NCBI GenBank assembly: GCA_963754265.1
Contig: CAVWFB010000003.1
Location: forward strand, 151,888-215,887
Reading direction: 5' to 3'
DNA from: an uncultured Actinomycetes bacterium
GTDB taxonomy: Bacteria; Actinomycetota; Thermoleophilia; Gaiellales; Gaiellaceae
Length of the DNA stretch: 64,000 nt
Below the pieces are notes generated by a model. That model saw nothing but the letters and a program-made list of their open reading frames with translations, was not told where the DNA came from and did not search any database. A program made the translations under genes and the position numbers. This document shows, piece after piece, positions 24,539-34,836 of this stretch. The first letter of the stretch is position 1. Each line of letters opens with the position of its first letter.

Positions 24539-27090
24539 TCCGCGTCTCGCTCAAGGGCCTCGCGGCCCGCCCGATTCGCGCCGTCCTGACCGCGCTCGCG
24601 ATCGTGCTCGGCGTGGCGATGGTCAGCGGCAGCTTCGTGGTCACCGACACGATCACGAAGGCGTTCGACACGATCTTCACCAGCTCGTACGCGCACACCG
24701 ACGCCGTCGTCAGCAAGAAGTCGCTGGTCGACTACTCGAACAGCGGCAACGGCACGGTTCCGCAGAGCCTGCTCGTGAAGATCCAAAGGCTGCCCGAGGT
24801 CGGGGCGGCCGCCGGCTCGATCATCGACCTCAACAACGACACCACCAACACGAAGCTGATCGACCGGGACGGGAAGGCCATCGACGCCAACGGCAACCCG
24901 ACCTTCGGCTTCGGCGTCGATCCTTCGAGGCCGCGCTTCAACCCGCTGCACCTCGTGGCGGGAACGTGGGCGCACGGGCGGCATGAGGTCGTGATCGACT
25001 CGAACACGGCCAAGAAGCACCACTTCGCGGTCGGCGACTTCATCGACGCCGCCGCGAAGGGGCCGAAGGAGCGTTTCCAGATCTCGGGCATCGCCAAGTA
25101 CGGGGACGTCGACACCCTCGGCGGGGCGACGATCGCGGTCTTCACGATCCCGACTGCGCAGGACCTGCTGGAGCTGAAGGGCTTCACCGCGATCTCCGTG
25201 GCCGCGAAGCCGGGCGTCTCGCAGGACCGGCTCGTGCGGGAGATCCAGTCCGTCGTCCCCGGCGACGTCCAGGTCAAGACCGCGGACGAGCAGGCCAAGG
25301 CGGACAAGAAGAACGTGGACACGTTCCTCTCGTTCATCCGCGGCTTCCTGCTCGGCTTCGGCGGGATCGCGCTCTTCGTGGGCGCGTTCGTGATCTTCAA
25401 CACCCTCTCGATCACCATCGCCCAGCGCACGCGCGAGCTCGCCACGCTCCGCACGCTCGGCGCCAGCCGGCGGCAGGTGCTGCGCTCGGTGATCGTCGAG
25501 TCGCTCGCGATCGGCGTGCTCGCCTCGCTGATCGGGATCGCGGCCGGCATCGGCCTCGCCCGCGGGCTGACGGCGCTCTTCGACGTCATGGGCCTCTCGC
25601 TGCCGCAGAGCTCGCCGGTCTACGCGACCAGGACCTTCGTGGTCGCGCTCCTGCTCGGCGTCCTCGTCACGCTCTTCGCGGGCCTCTGGCCGGCGGTGCG
25701 CGCCACGCGCGTGCCTCCGATCGCGGCCGTGCGCGAAGGAGCGGTGCTCGAACGGCGCAAGCGGCTCGGGCCGATCGCAGGGGCCGTGCTGTTCGGGATC
25801 GCGACTGCGCTGATCGCGTACGCGACTCTCGGCGGGAACCTCGGCGCCGGCAAGAGCCTGCTCGCGCTCGCGGCCGGCACCCTGATCGGCCTGCTGGGCG
25901 TGGCCGGCTTCGCACCGGCGCTCGTCTCCGGCCTCGCGAAGCTCGTCGGCTTCCCGGCACGGTCGCTCGGCGGCCCCGCCGGCCAGCTGGCCTCGAGCAA
26001 CGCCGTCCGGAACCCGGCCCGCACGGCCTCGACCGCCGCCGCGCTGATGATCGGCCTCGCACTGGTCTCGTTCGTCGCCGTGCTCGGCAAGGGCCTCCAC
26101 GGCTCGGTCGACAGGGCGCTGCACGAGCAGGTCAGCGCGGACTGGGTGATCAGCTCCAAGAACGGCTGGTCGGCCTTCACGGCGGCGGCGGGCGCCGCGG
26201 CCGAGAAGACGCCCGGAATCACCCGCTCGACGAGCATCCGCTCCGATCGCGGCCGCGTCAAGAATGCGAACGCGACGGTCAACGGCGTCGACCCGAAAAC
26301 GGTCTCCGGGCTCTACAACTTCACCTGGAAGCAGGGCTCGTCGAACGGCAGCCTCGCGAGGCTCGGCGAGACCGGCGCTCTGGTGAAGCGCTCGTTCGCG
26401 AACGAGCACGACCTGCACCTGGGCGACGCGTTCACGCTGAGGACACCCGCCGGGAAGCCGATGCACCTGAACGTGGTCGGCGTCTTCCAGCCGCCGAGGC
26501 TGTACGAGCTCCTGGGCGGGATCGTCGTTTCCCAGCAGGCGTTCGACCGCAACTTCGCCCGGCCGGGCAACCAGCTGACACTGATCGACGGCAACGTCTC
26601 CAGGTCGCAGCTCGAGCGGTCGCTGGCCTCGTTCCCGGACACGAAGATCGAGACCGAGGCGGAGTACGTGACGAGCCAGTCGTCCTGGATCTCGACGATG
26701 ACGAACCTGCTCTACGTGCTGCTGGCGCTGTCGGTGGTCGTGAGCCTGTTCGGAATGGTCAACACGCTCGTCCTCTCGGTCTTCGAGCGGACGCGCGAGC
26801 TCGGGATGCTGCGCGCGGTCGGCCTGACGCGGCGACAGACCCGGCGGATGGTGCGGCACGAGAGCGTGATCACGGCGCTGATCGGCGCTGCGCTCGGGCT
26901 CCCGCTCGGGATCCTGCTGGCGGCGTCGGTGACCCACGCGATCGGCAAGTACGGCGTCGCGTTCTCCTTCCCGGTCGTCTCGATCGTCGCCTTCACGGTG
27001 ACGGCGATCCTGGCCGGGATCCTGGCGGCGGTTGCGCCGGCCCGGCGGGCCTCGAGGCTCGACGTGCTCTCGGCACTGCAGTACGAGTAA
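24535..27090 (+). CDS. ABC transporter permease with two FtsX-type domains (MacB-like)
   Basis: ATG 24535 overlaps the upstream TGA (ATGA). 851 aa with two 4-TM FtsX modules separated by large extracytoplasmic domains. The ends are typical: 'RELATLRTLGASRRQV' and 'RELGMLRAVGLTRRQT'. Confidence 0.85.
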   Translation: MIRVSLKGLAARPIRAVLTALAIVLGVAMVSGSFVVTDTITKAFDTIFTSSYAHTDAVVSKKSLVDYSNSGNGTVPQSLLVKIQRLPEVGAAAGSIIDLNNDTTNTKLIDRDGKAIDANGNPTFGFGVDPSRPRFNPLHLVAGTWAHGRHEVVIDSNTAKKHHFAVGDFIDAAAKGPKERFQISGIAKYGDVDTLGGATIAVFTIPTAQDLLELKGFTAISVAAKPGVSQDRLVREIQSVVPGDVQVKTADEQAKADKKNVDTFLSFIRGFLLGFGGIALFVGAFVIFNTLSITIAQRTRELATLRTLGASRRQVLRSVIVESLAIGVLASLIGIAAGIGLARGLTALFDVMGLSLPQSSPVYATRTFVVALLLGVLVTLFAGLWPAVRATRVPPIAAVREGAVLERRKRLGPIAGAVLFGIATALIAYATLGGNLGAGKSLLALAAGTLIGLLGVAGFAPALVSGLAKLVGFPARSLGGPAGQLASSNAVRNPARTASTAAALMIGLALVSFVAVLGKGLHGSVDRALHEQVSADWVISSKNGWSAFTAAAGAAAEKTPGITRSTSIRSDRGRVKNANATVNGVDPKTVSGLYNFTWKQGSSNGSLARLGETGALVKRSFANEHDLHLGDAFTLRTPAGKPMHLNVVGVFQPPRLYELLGGIVVSQQAFDRNFARPGNQLTLIDGNVSRSQLERSLASFPDTKIETEAEYVTSQSSWISTMTNLLYVLLALSVVVSLFGMVNTLVLSVFERTRELGMLRAVGLTRRQTRRMVRHESVITALIGAALGLPLGILLAASVTHAIGKYGVAFSFPVVSIVAFTVTAILAGILAAVAPARRASRLDVLSALQYE

Positions 27091-27112
27091 GCCGCAGGTT
27101 GGTGTGCACGAG

Positions 27113-27142
27113 GACGAGGGCGGCTCGGCGGTCGCCCTCGTC
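27113..27142 (+). terminator. GC hairpin downstream of the ABC permease (possible terminator, no T-tract)
   Basis: 'GACGAGGGCG' (27113-27122) and 'CGCCCTCGTC' (27133-27142) form a perfect 10-bp stem with a 10-nt loop, 23 nt after stop 27090. Confidence 0.4.
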
Positions 27143-27264
27143 CGGCTTGATCGCCCGCGCGCGGCGCCGGTGGTCGCGGGGACGGGGTTCGCGGCCGAGA
27201 CAGCGAGAGCGTCGGTGGGTCGTTGTAGGATCGTGAGACCGGATCGAGCGACGGGAGGAGCCAC

Positions 27265-27840
27265 ATGAACGTGATCGCCGGGATCGACGCAGCGAGAGAG
27301 CGCTGGAACGTGCTCGAGCATCCCTTCTACACCCGCTGGGAGAAGGGCGAGCTCACCCACGAGGAGCTGGCCCGGTACGCGGGCGAGTACCGGCACGCCG
27401 TCGTGGCGCTCGCGCGCGCGGCGCGGACCGCGGGCCTGCACGCCGACGAGGAGGCTCAGCACATCGCTCTATGGGACGACTTCGCCTCCGCGCTCGGGAC
27501 CAAGGCCGCCGAGCCGCTCCCCGAGACGCGCTGCTGCGCGTCGGCCTGGGCGGCCGCGGACGAGGAGCTCGGCGCCGCCGCGATCCTCTATGCGATCGAG
27601 TCGGGCCAGCCCGCGATCTCCGAGACGAAGCTCCGCGGGCTCGTCGACCACTACGGCTTCGCCGAAGGCTCGGAGGCGGTCGAGTACTTCGTCCTGCACG
27701 GCGAGCGCGACCACGAGCATGCAGCCGAGGCGCGCACGCGGCTGGAGGAGCGCGAGGACGCGCGCCTGGTCGGCCTCGCCGAGGCGGCACTGGCCGCCAA
27801 CTGGGCGCTGCTCGACGGCGTCTCGACTGCCGCGGCCTAG
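27265..27840 (+). CDS. haem-oxygenase-like fold protein (TenA/PqqC/iron-containing redox enzyme family-like)
   Basis: 191 aa, all-helical impression. 'HPFYTRWEKGELTHEELARYAGEYRHAV' is typical of this superfamily (from memory). Confidence 0.6.
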   Translation: MNVIAGIDAARERWNVLEHPFYTRWEKGELTHEELARYAGEYRHAVVALARAARTAGLHADEEAQHIALWDDFASALGTKAAEPLPETRCCASAWAAADEELGAAAILYAIESGQPAISETKLRGLVDHYGFAEGSEAVEYFVLHGERDHEHAAEARTRLEEREDARLVGLAEAALAANWALLDGVSTAAA

Positions 27841-27841
27841 C

Positions 27842-28492
27842 TCACGGGCTCAACCGAAACGGCGGGTACTCGTCGGTGACGAGGATGAACGCGTACGCGA
27901 CCACGCGGTTCCCCCAGCGCAGCACGCCGTCGACGAACTCGAACAATCCGCGCGGGTAGCGCCCCGTGAAGAGGATCGCGAACCACGCGATCACGATGCA
28001 AACGAGCGCGGCAAGCCAGAGGAAGAACAGCACGATGTAGTGCGGGATCGCGAGCAGCCACTTCACCAGCGGCAGCCAGCGGTTGAGGTCGTGCTGTGCG
28101 TCCGGGTACGCGAAGTCGAGATGCACGGACTGATGCTCGTCGGTAGACGGGTACCGGTCGTTCATCAACGCGAGGTAGGCGGCGATCCGGTTCTCGAACC
28201 GAAGCACCTCAAGGTTCCAGTCGTACCACCACCGCGGGTACTTCTGGCGGAACAGGATCATCAGCAGCGGGCCGAGGACGAGGACCGCGGCGGCTCCGCC
28301 CCCGCCCCAGGCCCAGTGCTCGCCTCCGGCACTACCGTAGTAGCTCGATCCCTCGCCGCCGAGCGTAGCGGCGACGATCAGGATCGGGATCGCAACGAAG
28401 ATTCGGAACCCGGTCGTCAGGCGGTCTGAGCGGGCGGTCCGGGTAGTCGACCGAGAACGCCACCGGGTAGCCAGTCGGAACGCCTGCCTCCA
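27842..28492 (-). CDS. DUF4389-like membrane protein, frame break near 28427
   Basis: 'MEAGVPTGYPVAFSVDYPDRPL' (ATG 28492) continues in another frame as 'DRLTTGFRIFVAIPILIVAATL...YPRWWYDWNLEVLRFENRIAAYLALMNDRYPSTD...LAIPHYIVLFFLW'. One extra nt is implied. Confidence 0.65.
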   Translation of the reverse strand, partial: WRQAFRLATRWRSRSTTRTARSDRLTTGFRIFVAIPILIVAATLGGEGSSYYGSAGGEHWAWGGGGAAAVLVLGPLLMILFRQKYPRWWYDWNLEVLRFENRIAAYLALMNDRYPSTDEHQSVHLDFAYPDAQHDLNRWLPLVKWLLAIPHYIVLFFLWLAALVCIVIAWFAILFTGRYPRGLFEFVDGVLRWGNRVVAYAFILVTDEYPPFRLSP

Positions 28493-28503
28493 TGTCGCAC
28501 CTC

Positions 28504-28743
28504 CTAGTCGATGTCGTCGGTGCCGAGCGGCCGCTGCTGCCGGAGGACGTCCCGCGCCTCGTCGAGGTTCTCCTCGCGCACGACGATCTCCCGCGGTCCG
28601 ACGACCGCCAGGCCGTCGCCCGCGCCGACGGCGAAGTTCGTCGGCTGCTGGATGCACGGGATCCCCGCGCTCCGCAGGAATGAGCAGATCAGCTCGGCCT
28701 CCGGCTCGGAGCCGACCACCTCCAACACGACGAGCTCGGCCAC
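28504..28743 (-). CDS. small DUF2007-like (putative signal-transducing) protein
   Basis: 79 aa. 'VVLEVVGSEPEAELICSFLRSAGIPCI', GTG start. Confidence 0.55.
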   Translation of the reverse strand: MAELVVLEVVGSEPEAELICSFLRSAGIPCIQQPTNFAVGAGDGLAVVGPREIVVREENLDEARDVLRQQRPLGTDDID

Positions 28744-28753
28744 GTCCTGAAGC

Positions 28754-29505
<752 letters not shown>

Positions 29506-29509
<4 letters not shown>

Positions 29510-30357
29510 GCCGCTCCGGCGAGCTGGCGCCTGCGGTCGCGCGCGATCAGCCAGTCGGTCAGGCGCGCCATCGGGATCGTGAGCAGCACGAACAGCAGCG
29601 CAGTGCACAGATACGGCGTGTAGTTGAACGTCGCGGCCACGTCGATCTGTGACTGGCGAAAGGCCTCGATCGGGCCGATCAACGCGACGAGCGCGGTGTC
29701 CTTCTGCAGCCCGATGAAGTCGTTGAGGAGCGGCGGGATCACGCGGCGGACGGCCTGCGGGATGATCACGAAGCGGAGCGTCTGCGGCTGCGAGAGCCCG
29801 AGCGAGCGCGCGGCCGCCTCCTGGCTCCGGTGCACCGACTCGATCCCGGCGCGGTAGACCTCGGCCACGTAGGCCGAGTAGACGAGCACGAGCGCGACGA
29901 TCCCCCAGAAGAGCGGCGTGAACCGCTCCAGCCACGAGAGCTGCAGCGCCGGCGCGCCGAAGCCGAGGATGTAGATGACGAGGATCGTGGGGACGCCGCG
30001 GAAGAGATCCGTGTAGATCACCGCGAGCGCGCGGATCGGGAAGAAGATCGCGCCGGGCAGGCCGCGCAGCACCGCGATCAGGAGCGCGAAGACGAGGATC
30101 ACCGCCTCGGCGATCAGGAAGATGCGGATGTTGAGTAGGAAGGCCCGCGCAATCTCCGGGAACGAGTCGACGAAGATCTCGCGGTTGAAGAACGCCTTCT
30201 TGACCGCCGGCCAGCCCGGTGAGGTGACCACGACCGCGACGATGATCGCCGCGAAGACGACGGTGCTGGCGAGCGCGACCCAGACGCTGCCCTGACCGCT
30301 GCCCCTCAGGTCACCCAGGATCTTGGAGCCGCGGCCGGGATCCGCGCCGACGCTCAC
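29506..30357 (-). CDS. amino-acid ABC transporter permease (His/Glu/Gln/Arg/opine family)
   Basis: 283 aa, polytopic, with the EAA-like loop 'SQEAAARSLGLSQPQTLRFVIIPQAVRRVIPPLLN'. Confidence 0.88.
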
Positions 30358-30367
30358 TCGGCTGGCG

Positions 30368-31264
30368 CTACCTCAGGACCGGCGCCGCGCCGACGGACGA
30401 GATCCACTTGTCCTGCAGCTGGTTGAGCGTGCCGTCGGCCTTGAGCTCCGAGAGCGCCTTGTTCACGCAGGTGACGAGGTCGTTGCCCTTCGCGAAGACC
30501 ATCCCGAAGTGGTCGCCGCCGCCGATGGCCGGAAACCGGCCGACGACGACGCTGTTCGGCACCTCTTCGGCGCCCGTGATGATGAACGCCGTCGGCAGGT
30601 CGACCACGATCCCGTCGATGGCGTGCGTCTTCAGGCCCGAGTTGACGTCGTTCGAGTTGTTGTAGACCGCCGGTTGCTCGTCCGGCTTGATGTTCTTGAC
30701 GATGTAGTCGTAGCTCGTCGTCCCGACCTGCGCGCCCAGCTTGTACTTCTTCAGGTCAGCGAGGGTCTTCGCCTTCGTGATCGGCGTGCCCTTGATCGCG
30801 ACGAGCGCCTGATTGGTGTTGTAGTAGGAGTCGCTGAACGTGACGCTCTGCTTGCGCTGCGGGGTCACCGAGACCTGGTTGATGTCGAAGTCGTAGGCGG
30901 CCTTTCCCGGCTTGAACAGCTGCTCGAAGGGGACGACGACCCACTTGACCGCGCTCCGCTGGAAGCCGAGCTTCTTCGCGACCGCATAGGCGACGGCGCT
31001 CTCGTAGCCCTTGCCCGTCGTCGGATCGTTGAACTTCCACGTCGAGCCCTTCGGGGTGCCGCCCCCGAACCACGGCGGGAAGGCGGGATTGTCCGTCGCG
31101 ACGGTCAGCTGGCCCTTCTTGACGAGGGTGAGCTGGTCTGGGGTGCAGGAGCTCGCGCCGCTCGCAGCCGTCGTGGTCGAGGAGGAGCTCTTGTTCGACG
31201 AGCCGCACGCGGCGGCCAGGAGGACGACGAGCGCAGCGGCCGCGACGAGCGCCGGTGCCCTCAC
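30368..31264 (-). CDS. amino-acid ABC transporter substrate-binding lipoprotein
   Basis: Lipobox 'LLAAACGSS'. Family-3 SBP-like 'LTVATDNPAFPPWF', 'YDFDINQVSVTPQR'. The GTG start overlaps the LLM gene stop (GTGA). Confidence 0.85.
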   Translation of the reverse strand: MRAPALVAAAALVVLLAAACGSSNKSSSSTTTAASGASSCTPDQLTLVKKGQLTVATDNPAFPPWFGGGTPKGSTWKFNDPTTGKGYESAVAYAVAKKLGFQRSAVKWVVVPFEQLFKPGKAAYDFDINQVSVTPQRKQSVTFSDSYYNTNQALVAIKGTPITKAKTLADLKKYKLGAQVGTTSYDYIVKNIKPDEQPAVYNNSNDVNSGLKTHAIDGIVVDLPTAFIITGAEEVPNSVVVGRFPAIGGGDHFGMVFAKGNDLVTCVNKALSELKADGTLNQLQDKWISSVGAAPVLR

Positions 31265-32280
31265 GCCGCAACCCCGCTGAACTGCGGGATGACGTCCTTG
31301 CCATAGGCGGCGAGGGTCTCGTCCGCCCCCTCGGTCATCAGGTAGATGTCGAACTGGTCGACGCCGATCGACTCGAGCTCACGCAGCTTCTCGGTCACCT
31401 GCTGCGTGTTGCCGAGGACGCAGAAGCGGTCGCAGATCTCGTCCGTGACGAACTCGCCGTGCTTCGCTCCCACCCGGCTGTGATCCTTGTAGTCGTAGAA
31501 CTTCCGTGCCTTGACGAAGTCGGTCAGCGCGGTCGGGATCTCGTCCGAGTCGGCGCCGTACTTCTCGACCAGGTCCATGACGTGGTTGGAGACCATCGCC
31601 GGGAACCAGCGCACCTGCTCGCGCGCCTCGGCGAGGTTGTCGGAGACGTGGCTCGGGGCGCAGACGATGCACTGCAGCGCGTCGGGATCGCGTCCCTCCG
31701 CCTCCGCGGCCTCGCGAGCCGTGGCCATGATCCACTGGATGATCTGCGGGTCGGCGAGCTGGATGATCACGCCGTCGCCCACGCGGCCGGCGACTCCCAG
31801 GGCCCTCGGCCCGTAACCGGCGACGTGCATCGGCACGTCCGGGAGCTCGTCGCGCACCCACGTGAGCTCGAGCTCCTTGTCGTTCCAGTCGACCTTTCGG
31901 CCGTTCATCAAATCCTTGATCATTCGCAGGCGGCGCTCGAATTCGTCCACCTTGACGGGCTTCAGGCCGACGACCCGGCGCGAGGAGTCGCCGCGGCCGA
32001 TGCCCATCACCATGCGGCCGTTCGAGATGTCCTGCATCGTCGCGTACCAGCTCGCGGTGATCGTCGGGTCACGGATGCCGGGGTTCGTGACGCAGTGCCC
32101 GAGCTTGATCTTCTGCGTCTGCGTCGCGGCGATGGCGAGCAGCGCGTAGCTCTCCTGCCACAGGATGTGCGAGTCGTAGGTCCAGCCGTACTCGAAGCCC
32201 TCCTTCTCGGCGTTCTGGAGTACCTCGACGAGCCGCGTGTACGGCGGATCAGGCAGCACGGTTACCCCGAAGCTCAGCAT
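31261..32280 (-). CDS. luciferase-like monooxygenase (LLM) class, probably F420-dependent oxidoreductase
   Basis: 'MLSFGVTVLPDPPY..GFEYGWTYDSHILWQE', 'LGHCVTNPGIRDP', 'GRMVMGIGRGDS'. ATG 32280. The first 12 residues of the track ORF are upstream extension. Confidence 0.8.
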   Translation of the reverse strand: MLSFGVTVLPDPPYTRLVEVLQNAEKEGFEYGWTYDSHILWQESYALLAIAATQTQKIKLGHCVTNPGIRDPTITASWYATMQDISNGRMVMGIGRGDSSRRVVGLKPVKVDEFERRLRMIKDLMNGRKVDWNDKELELTWVRDELPDVPMHVAGYGPRALGVAGRVGDGVIIQLADPQIIQWIMATAREAAEAEGRDPDALQCIVCAPSHVSDNLAEAREQVRWFPAMVSNHVMDLVEKYGADSDEIPTALTDFVKARKFYDYKDHSRVGAKHGEFVTDEICDRFCVLGNTQQVTEKLRELESIGVDQFDIYLMTEGADETLAAYGKDVIPQFSGVAA

Positions 32281-32339
32281 CTGTGCCTCCCCGGTCGGTG
32301 GCAAGGGAACGAGCATATCGTCCCGAAAACCGCTGGCAC

Positions 32340-32549
32340 ATGGCCTTGGCGTTCCTCGCCCTCGTGATCGCCGCGGGCGCCGCGTTCCCGATTCAGGCGG
32401 GCCTCAACGCACGGCTCGCGACCTGGGTGGGCGGGCCGATCCGAGCCTCGCTGATCTCCTTCAGCGTCGGAATTCTCGCCCTGCTCGTGATCACCCTGAT
32501 CGAAACGCGAGAGCTCGGCGCCGGGGTTGCGATGGTCCGGTTCTTCTAG
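32340..32549 (+). pseudogene. truncated DUF606/DMT-superfamily transporter remnant (N-terminal ~55 aa only)
   Basis: 'MALAFLALVIAAGAAFPIQAGLNARLATWVGGPIRASLISFSVGILALLVITLIE' matches the first two helices of ~145-aa DUF606 proteins. The ORF then ends after 69 aa, and non-coding sequence follows to 32665. Confidence 0.4.
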
Positions 32550-32665
32550 CTCACGTAGGTCACCTCCAACCGCGGCCGCACGGACGGGTCGTCGAAGCTC
32601 GAGCTCGGAAACGCCGGGCCGCCGATGCGTGGGTGACACCTTCGTGCCGAAAGAGAAACGGCTTG

Positions 32666-33907
32666 CTAGCCGGCGGCGACGCGGGCGATCGTCTTGTCCG
32701 CCAGCCGGTCGAGCGCCCGAACCGACAGCTCCAAGTGCTCTTCCTTCGTGTCCTCGAGCTTCGTGTGCGAGAGGCCGCGCAGGCTCTGGACGAAGATCAT
32801 CACCGTCGGGACGCCCGCCCGCGCCACCTCGGCCGCGTCGTGCAGCGGGCCGCTCGGCAGCCGGTGGGACTCACCCGAAACCTCGCGGATCGACTCGTCC
32901 GCGAGCTCGATCAGCGCCTCGTCGAACAGGATCGGCTCGATGTTCCAGATCCGCTCCCACGCGACCTCGACGTCCTCCTCCTGCGCGAACCGCCTGGAGG
33001 CGGCCTCGGCGTTGCTCAGCATCTCCGCCAGCTTCGTCGCGTCCAGGTGGCGCTGGTCGAGTAGGCACTCCGCCGTCTCGACGACCGAGGTCACGATCCC
33101 GGGCTTCGTCACCACGCCGCCCATCGTGCAGACGGCGCCCTCGCCGGTGCGCTCGGCGATCTGCCGGATCTCGAGCTCGAGCCGGGCAGCGCCCGCAAGC
33201 GCGTCGCGCCGCTTGTCCATCGGCGTCGAGCCGGCATGCGCCGCCTGGCCGGTGAAGGTCACCTGGTGCCGCTCGACACCGAACGTCCCGAGCACGACCC
33301 CGAGCGGAAGGTCCATCGACTCGAGCACGGGCCCCTGCTCGATGTGCAGCTCCAGGTAGGCGGCGGCGTTCTCCAGCTGGGAGCGCGCCTCGAGCGCCCG
33401 GTCGAGCTCCACTCCGCGCGCGGCCAGCACCTCGGGCAGGACGCTCCCGTCAGCGTCATGCCGCTGCCGCAGTTCGTCCTGGTCGTCCATCGAGCCCGCG
33501 GCCGCCGACGAGCCGAACAGCGAGCGGCCGAATCGCGCGCCCTCCTCGTCGGCCCAGTTGACGAGCCGAACGCTCGTCGCGGGCTCGCCTTCCTCGGCGA
33601 GCCGCCGCACCACCTCCACCCCGGCGACGACGTTCAGCGCGCCGTCGAGCCAGCCGCCGTTCGGGACCGAGTCGATGTGGCCGCCGATCAGCACCTCGCG
33701 CTCACTCGCCCCGCGCAGCGTCCACCACTGGTTGCCCGCCTCATCGATCTGCTCGTCGAGCGGCAGCCCGGCGAGCTTCTCCCGCAGCCAGCCGCGCGCC
33801 GTCTCCCAGGTGTCGGTCCAGGCGACCCGCTGGGCGCCGTTCTCGTCGCCGGTCAGCTCACGCAATTCCTTCAGCTCGGCGACGGTTCGCGCGGGGTCGA
33901 GAGGCAC
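32666..33907 (-). CDS. M20-family Zn-dependent amidohydrolase (N-carbamoyl-amino-acid / beta-ureidopropionase / allantoate amidohydrolase type)
   Basis: 413 aa. 'GGHIDSVPNGGWLDGALNVV', 'NWADEEGARFG', 'LELHIEQGPVLE', 'HAGSTPM', 'MIFVQSLRGLSHT'. Confidence 0.88.
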   Translation of the reverse strand: MPLDPARTVAELKELRELTGDENGAQRVAWTDTWETARGWLREKLAGLPLDEQIDEAGNQWWTLRGASEREVLIGGHIDSVPNGGWLDGALNVVAGVEVVRRLAEEGEPATSVRLVNWADEEGARFGRSLFGSSAAAGSMDDQDELRQRHDADGSVLPEVLAARGVELDRALEARSQLENAAAYLELHIEQGPVLESMDLPLGVVLGTFGVERHQVTFTGQAAHAGSTPMDKRRDALAGAARLELEIRQIAERTGEGAVCTMGGVVTKPGIVTSVVETAECLLDQRHLDATKLAEMLSNAEAASRRFAQEEDVEVAWERIWNIEPILFDEALIELADESIREVSGESHRLPSGPLHDAAEVARAGVPTVMIFVQSLRGLSHTKLEDTKEEHLELSVRALDRLADKTIARVAAG

Positions 33908-33953
33908 GGCGCGACTCTAACCTCCGCCCGCCGGAGTGTGGTAAGCATCGCCG

Positions 33954-34836
33954 ATGGCCACGATTGCCATCGAGCAACCGCGGCAGAGGCGGAGCGCCGA
34001 CGCCGCGCGGGGAGCGAAGCGGGTCGGGCTGGTGCTCGTCGGACTGGCCGTGTTCTGGGGTCTCTGGGAGGCCTACCGCTGGATCGGCGAGAGCCTCGGG
34101 ATCACGTGGCCGTTCACGGTCGACGAGGTCAACATGCCGCACATCCACGAGATGTTGAGCGCGTTCACGAAGCCGCTCCAGCCCGGGGGACCGACGCTCC
34201 TGCACTACGAATGGCACTGGGCGCTCTTCACCGCGAAGGAGGCGGTCGTCGGCTTCCTCCTCGGGGGCGCGATCGGCTTCGGGCTCGCCGTCCTCCTCGC
34301 CCACTCGCGCATCCTGCGCCGGGGCCTGCTGCCCTACATCGTCATCTCCCAGACGGTGCCGATCCTGGCCGTCGCTCCGATGGTGGTCGTCGGCCTCGGC
34401 TCCAAGGGCGTCGAGCCGTGGGTCTCGGTCTCGGTGATCGCCGCCTACTTGACCTTCTTTCCGGTGGCGGTGAACACCCTGCGCGGGCTGCTCTCCCCCG
34501 ACCCGCGCTCGCTCGAGCTGATGCGCTCCTACGCGGCCGGCCGCAACGACGTGCTCTGGAAGCTGCGCCTGCCCGCCTCGCTGCCGTTCGTGTTCACCGC
34601 GCTGAAGATCTCCGCGACCGCGTGTGTGATCGGCGCGATCATCGGCGAGACGCCGGCATCGATCCAGGACGGCCTCGGCGGCGCCATCGTCAACTTCAAC
34701 CAGTACTACTCGACCGGCTCCCGAGCGGCTCTGGGCGACCAACATCGTCTGTGCCGTCCTCGGGCTCGTGTTCTTCGCGATCATCGTCATCGCCGAACGG
34801 CTCGTCCTGCGCCGCGCCCCGGAGCACTTCGCGTGA
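33954..34836 (+). CDS. NitT/TauT-family ABC transporter permease, frame break near 34717
   Basis: A polytopic permease up to '..IVNFNQYYSTG', then the natural C-terminus 'PERLWATNIVCAVLGLVFFAIIVIAERLVLRRAPEHFA' is in the next frame and ends at TGA 34834-34836. The track ORF 33954..35639 is an artefactual permease-ATPase fusion. Confidence 0.75.
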
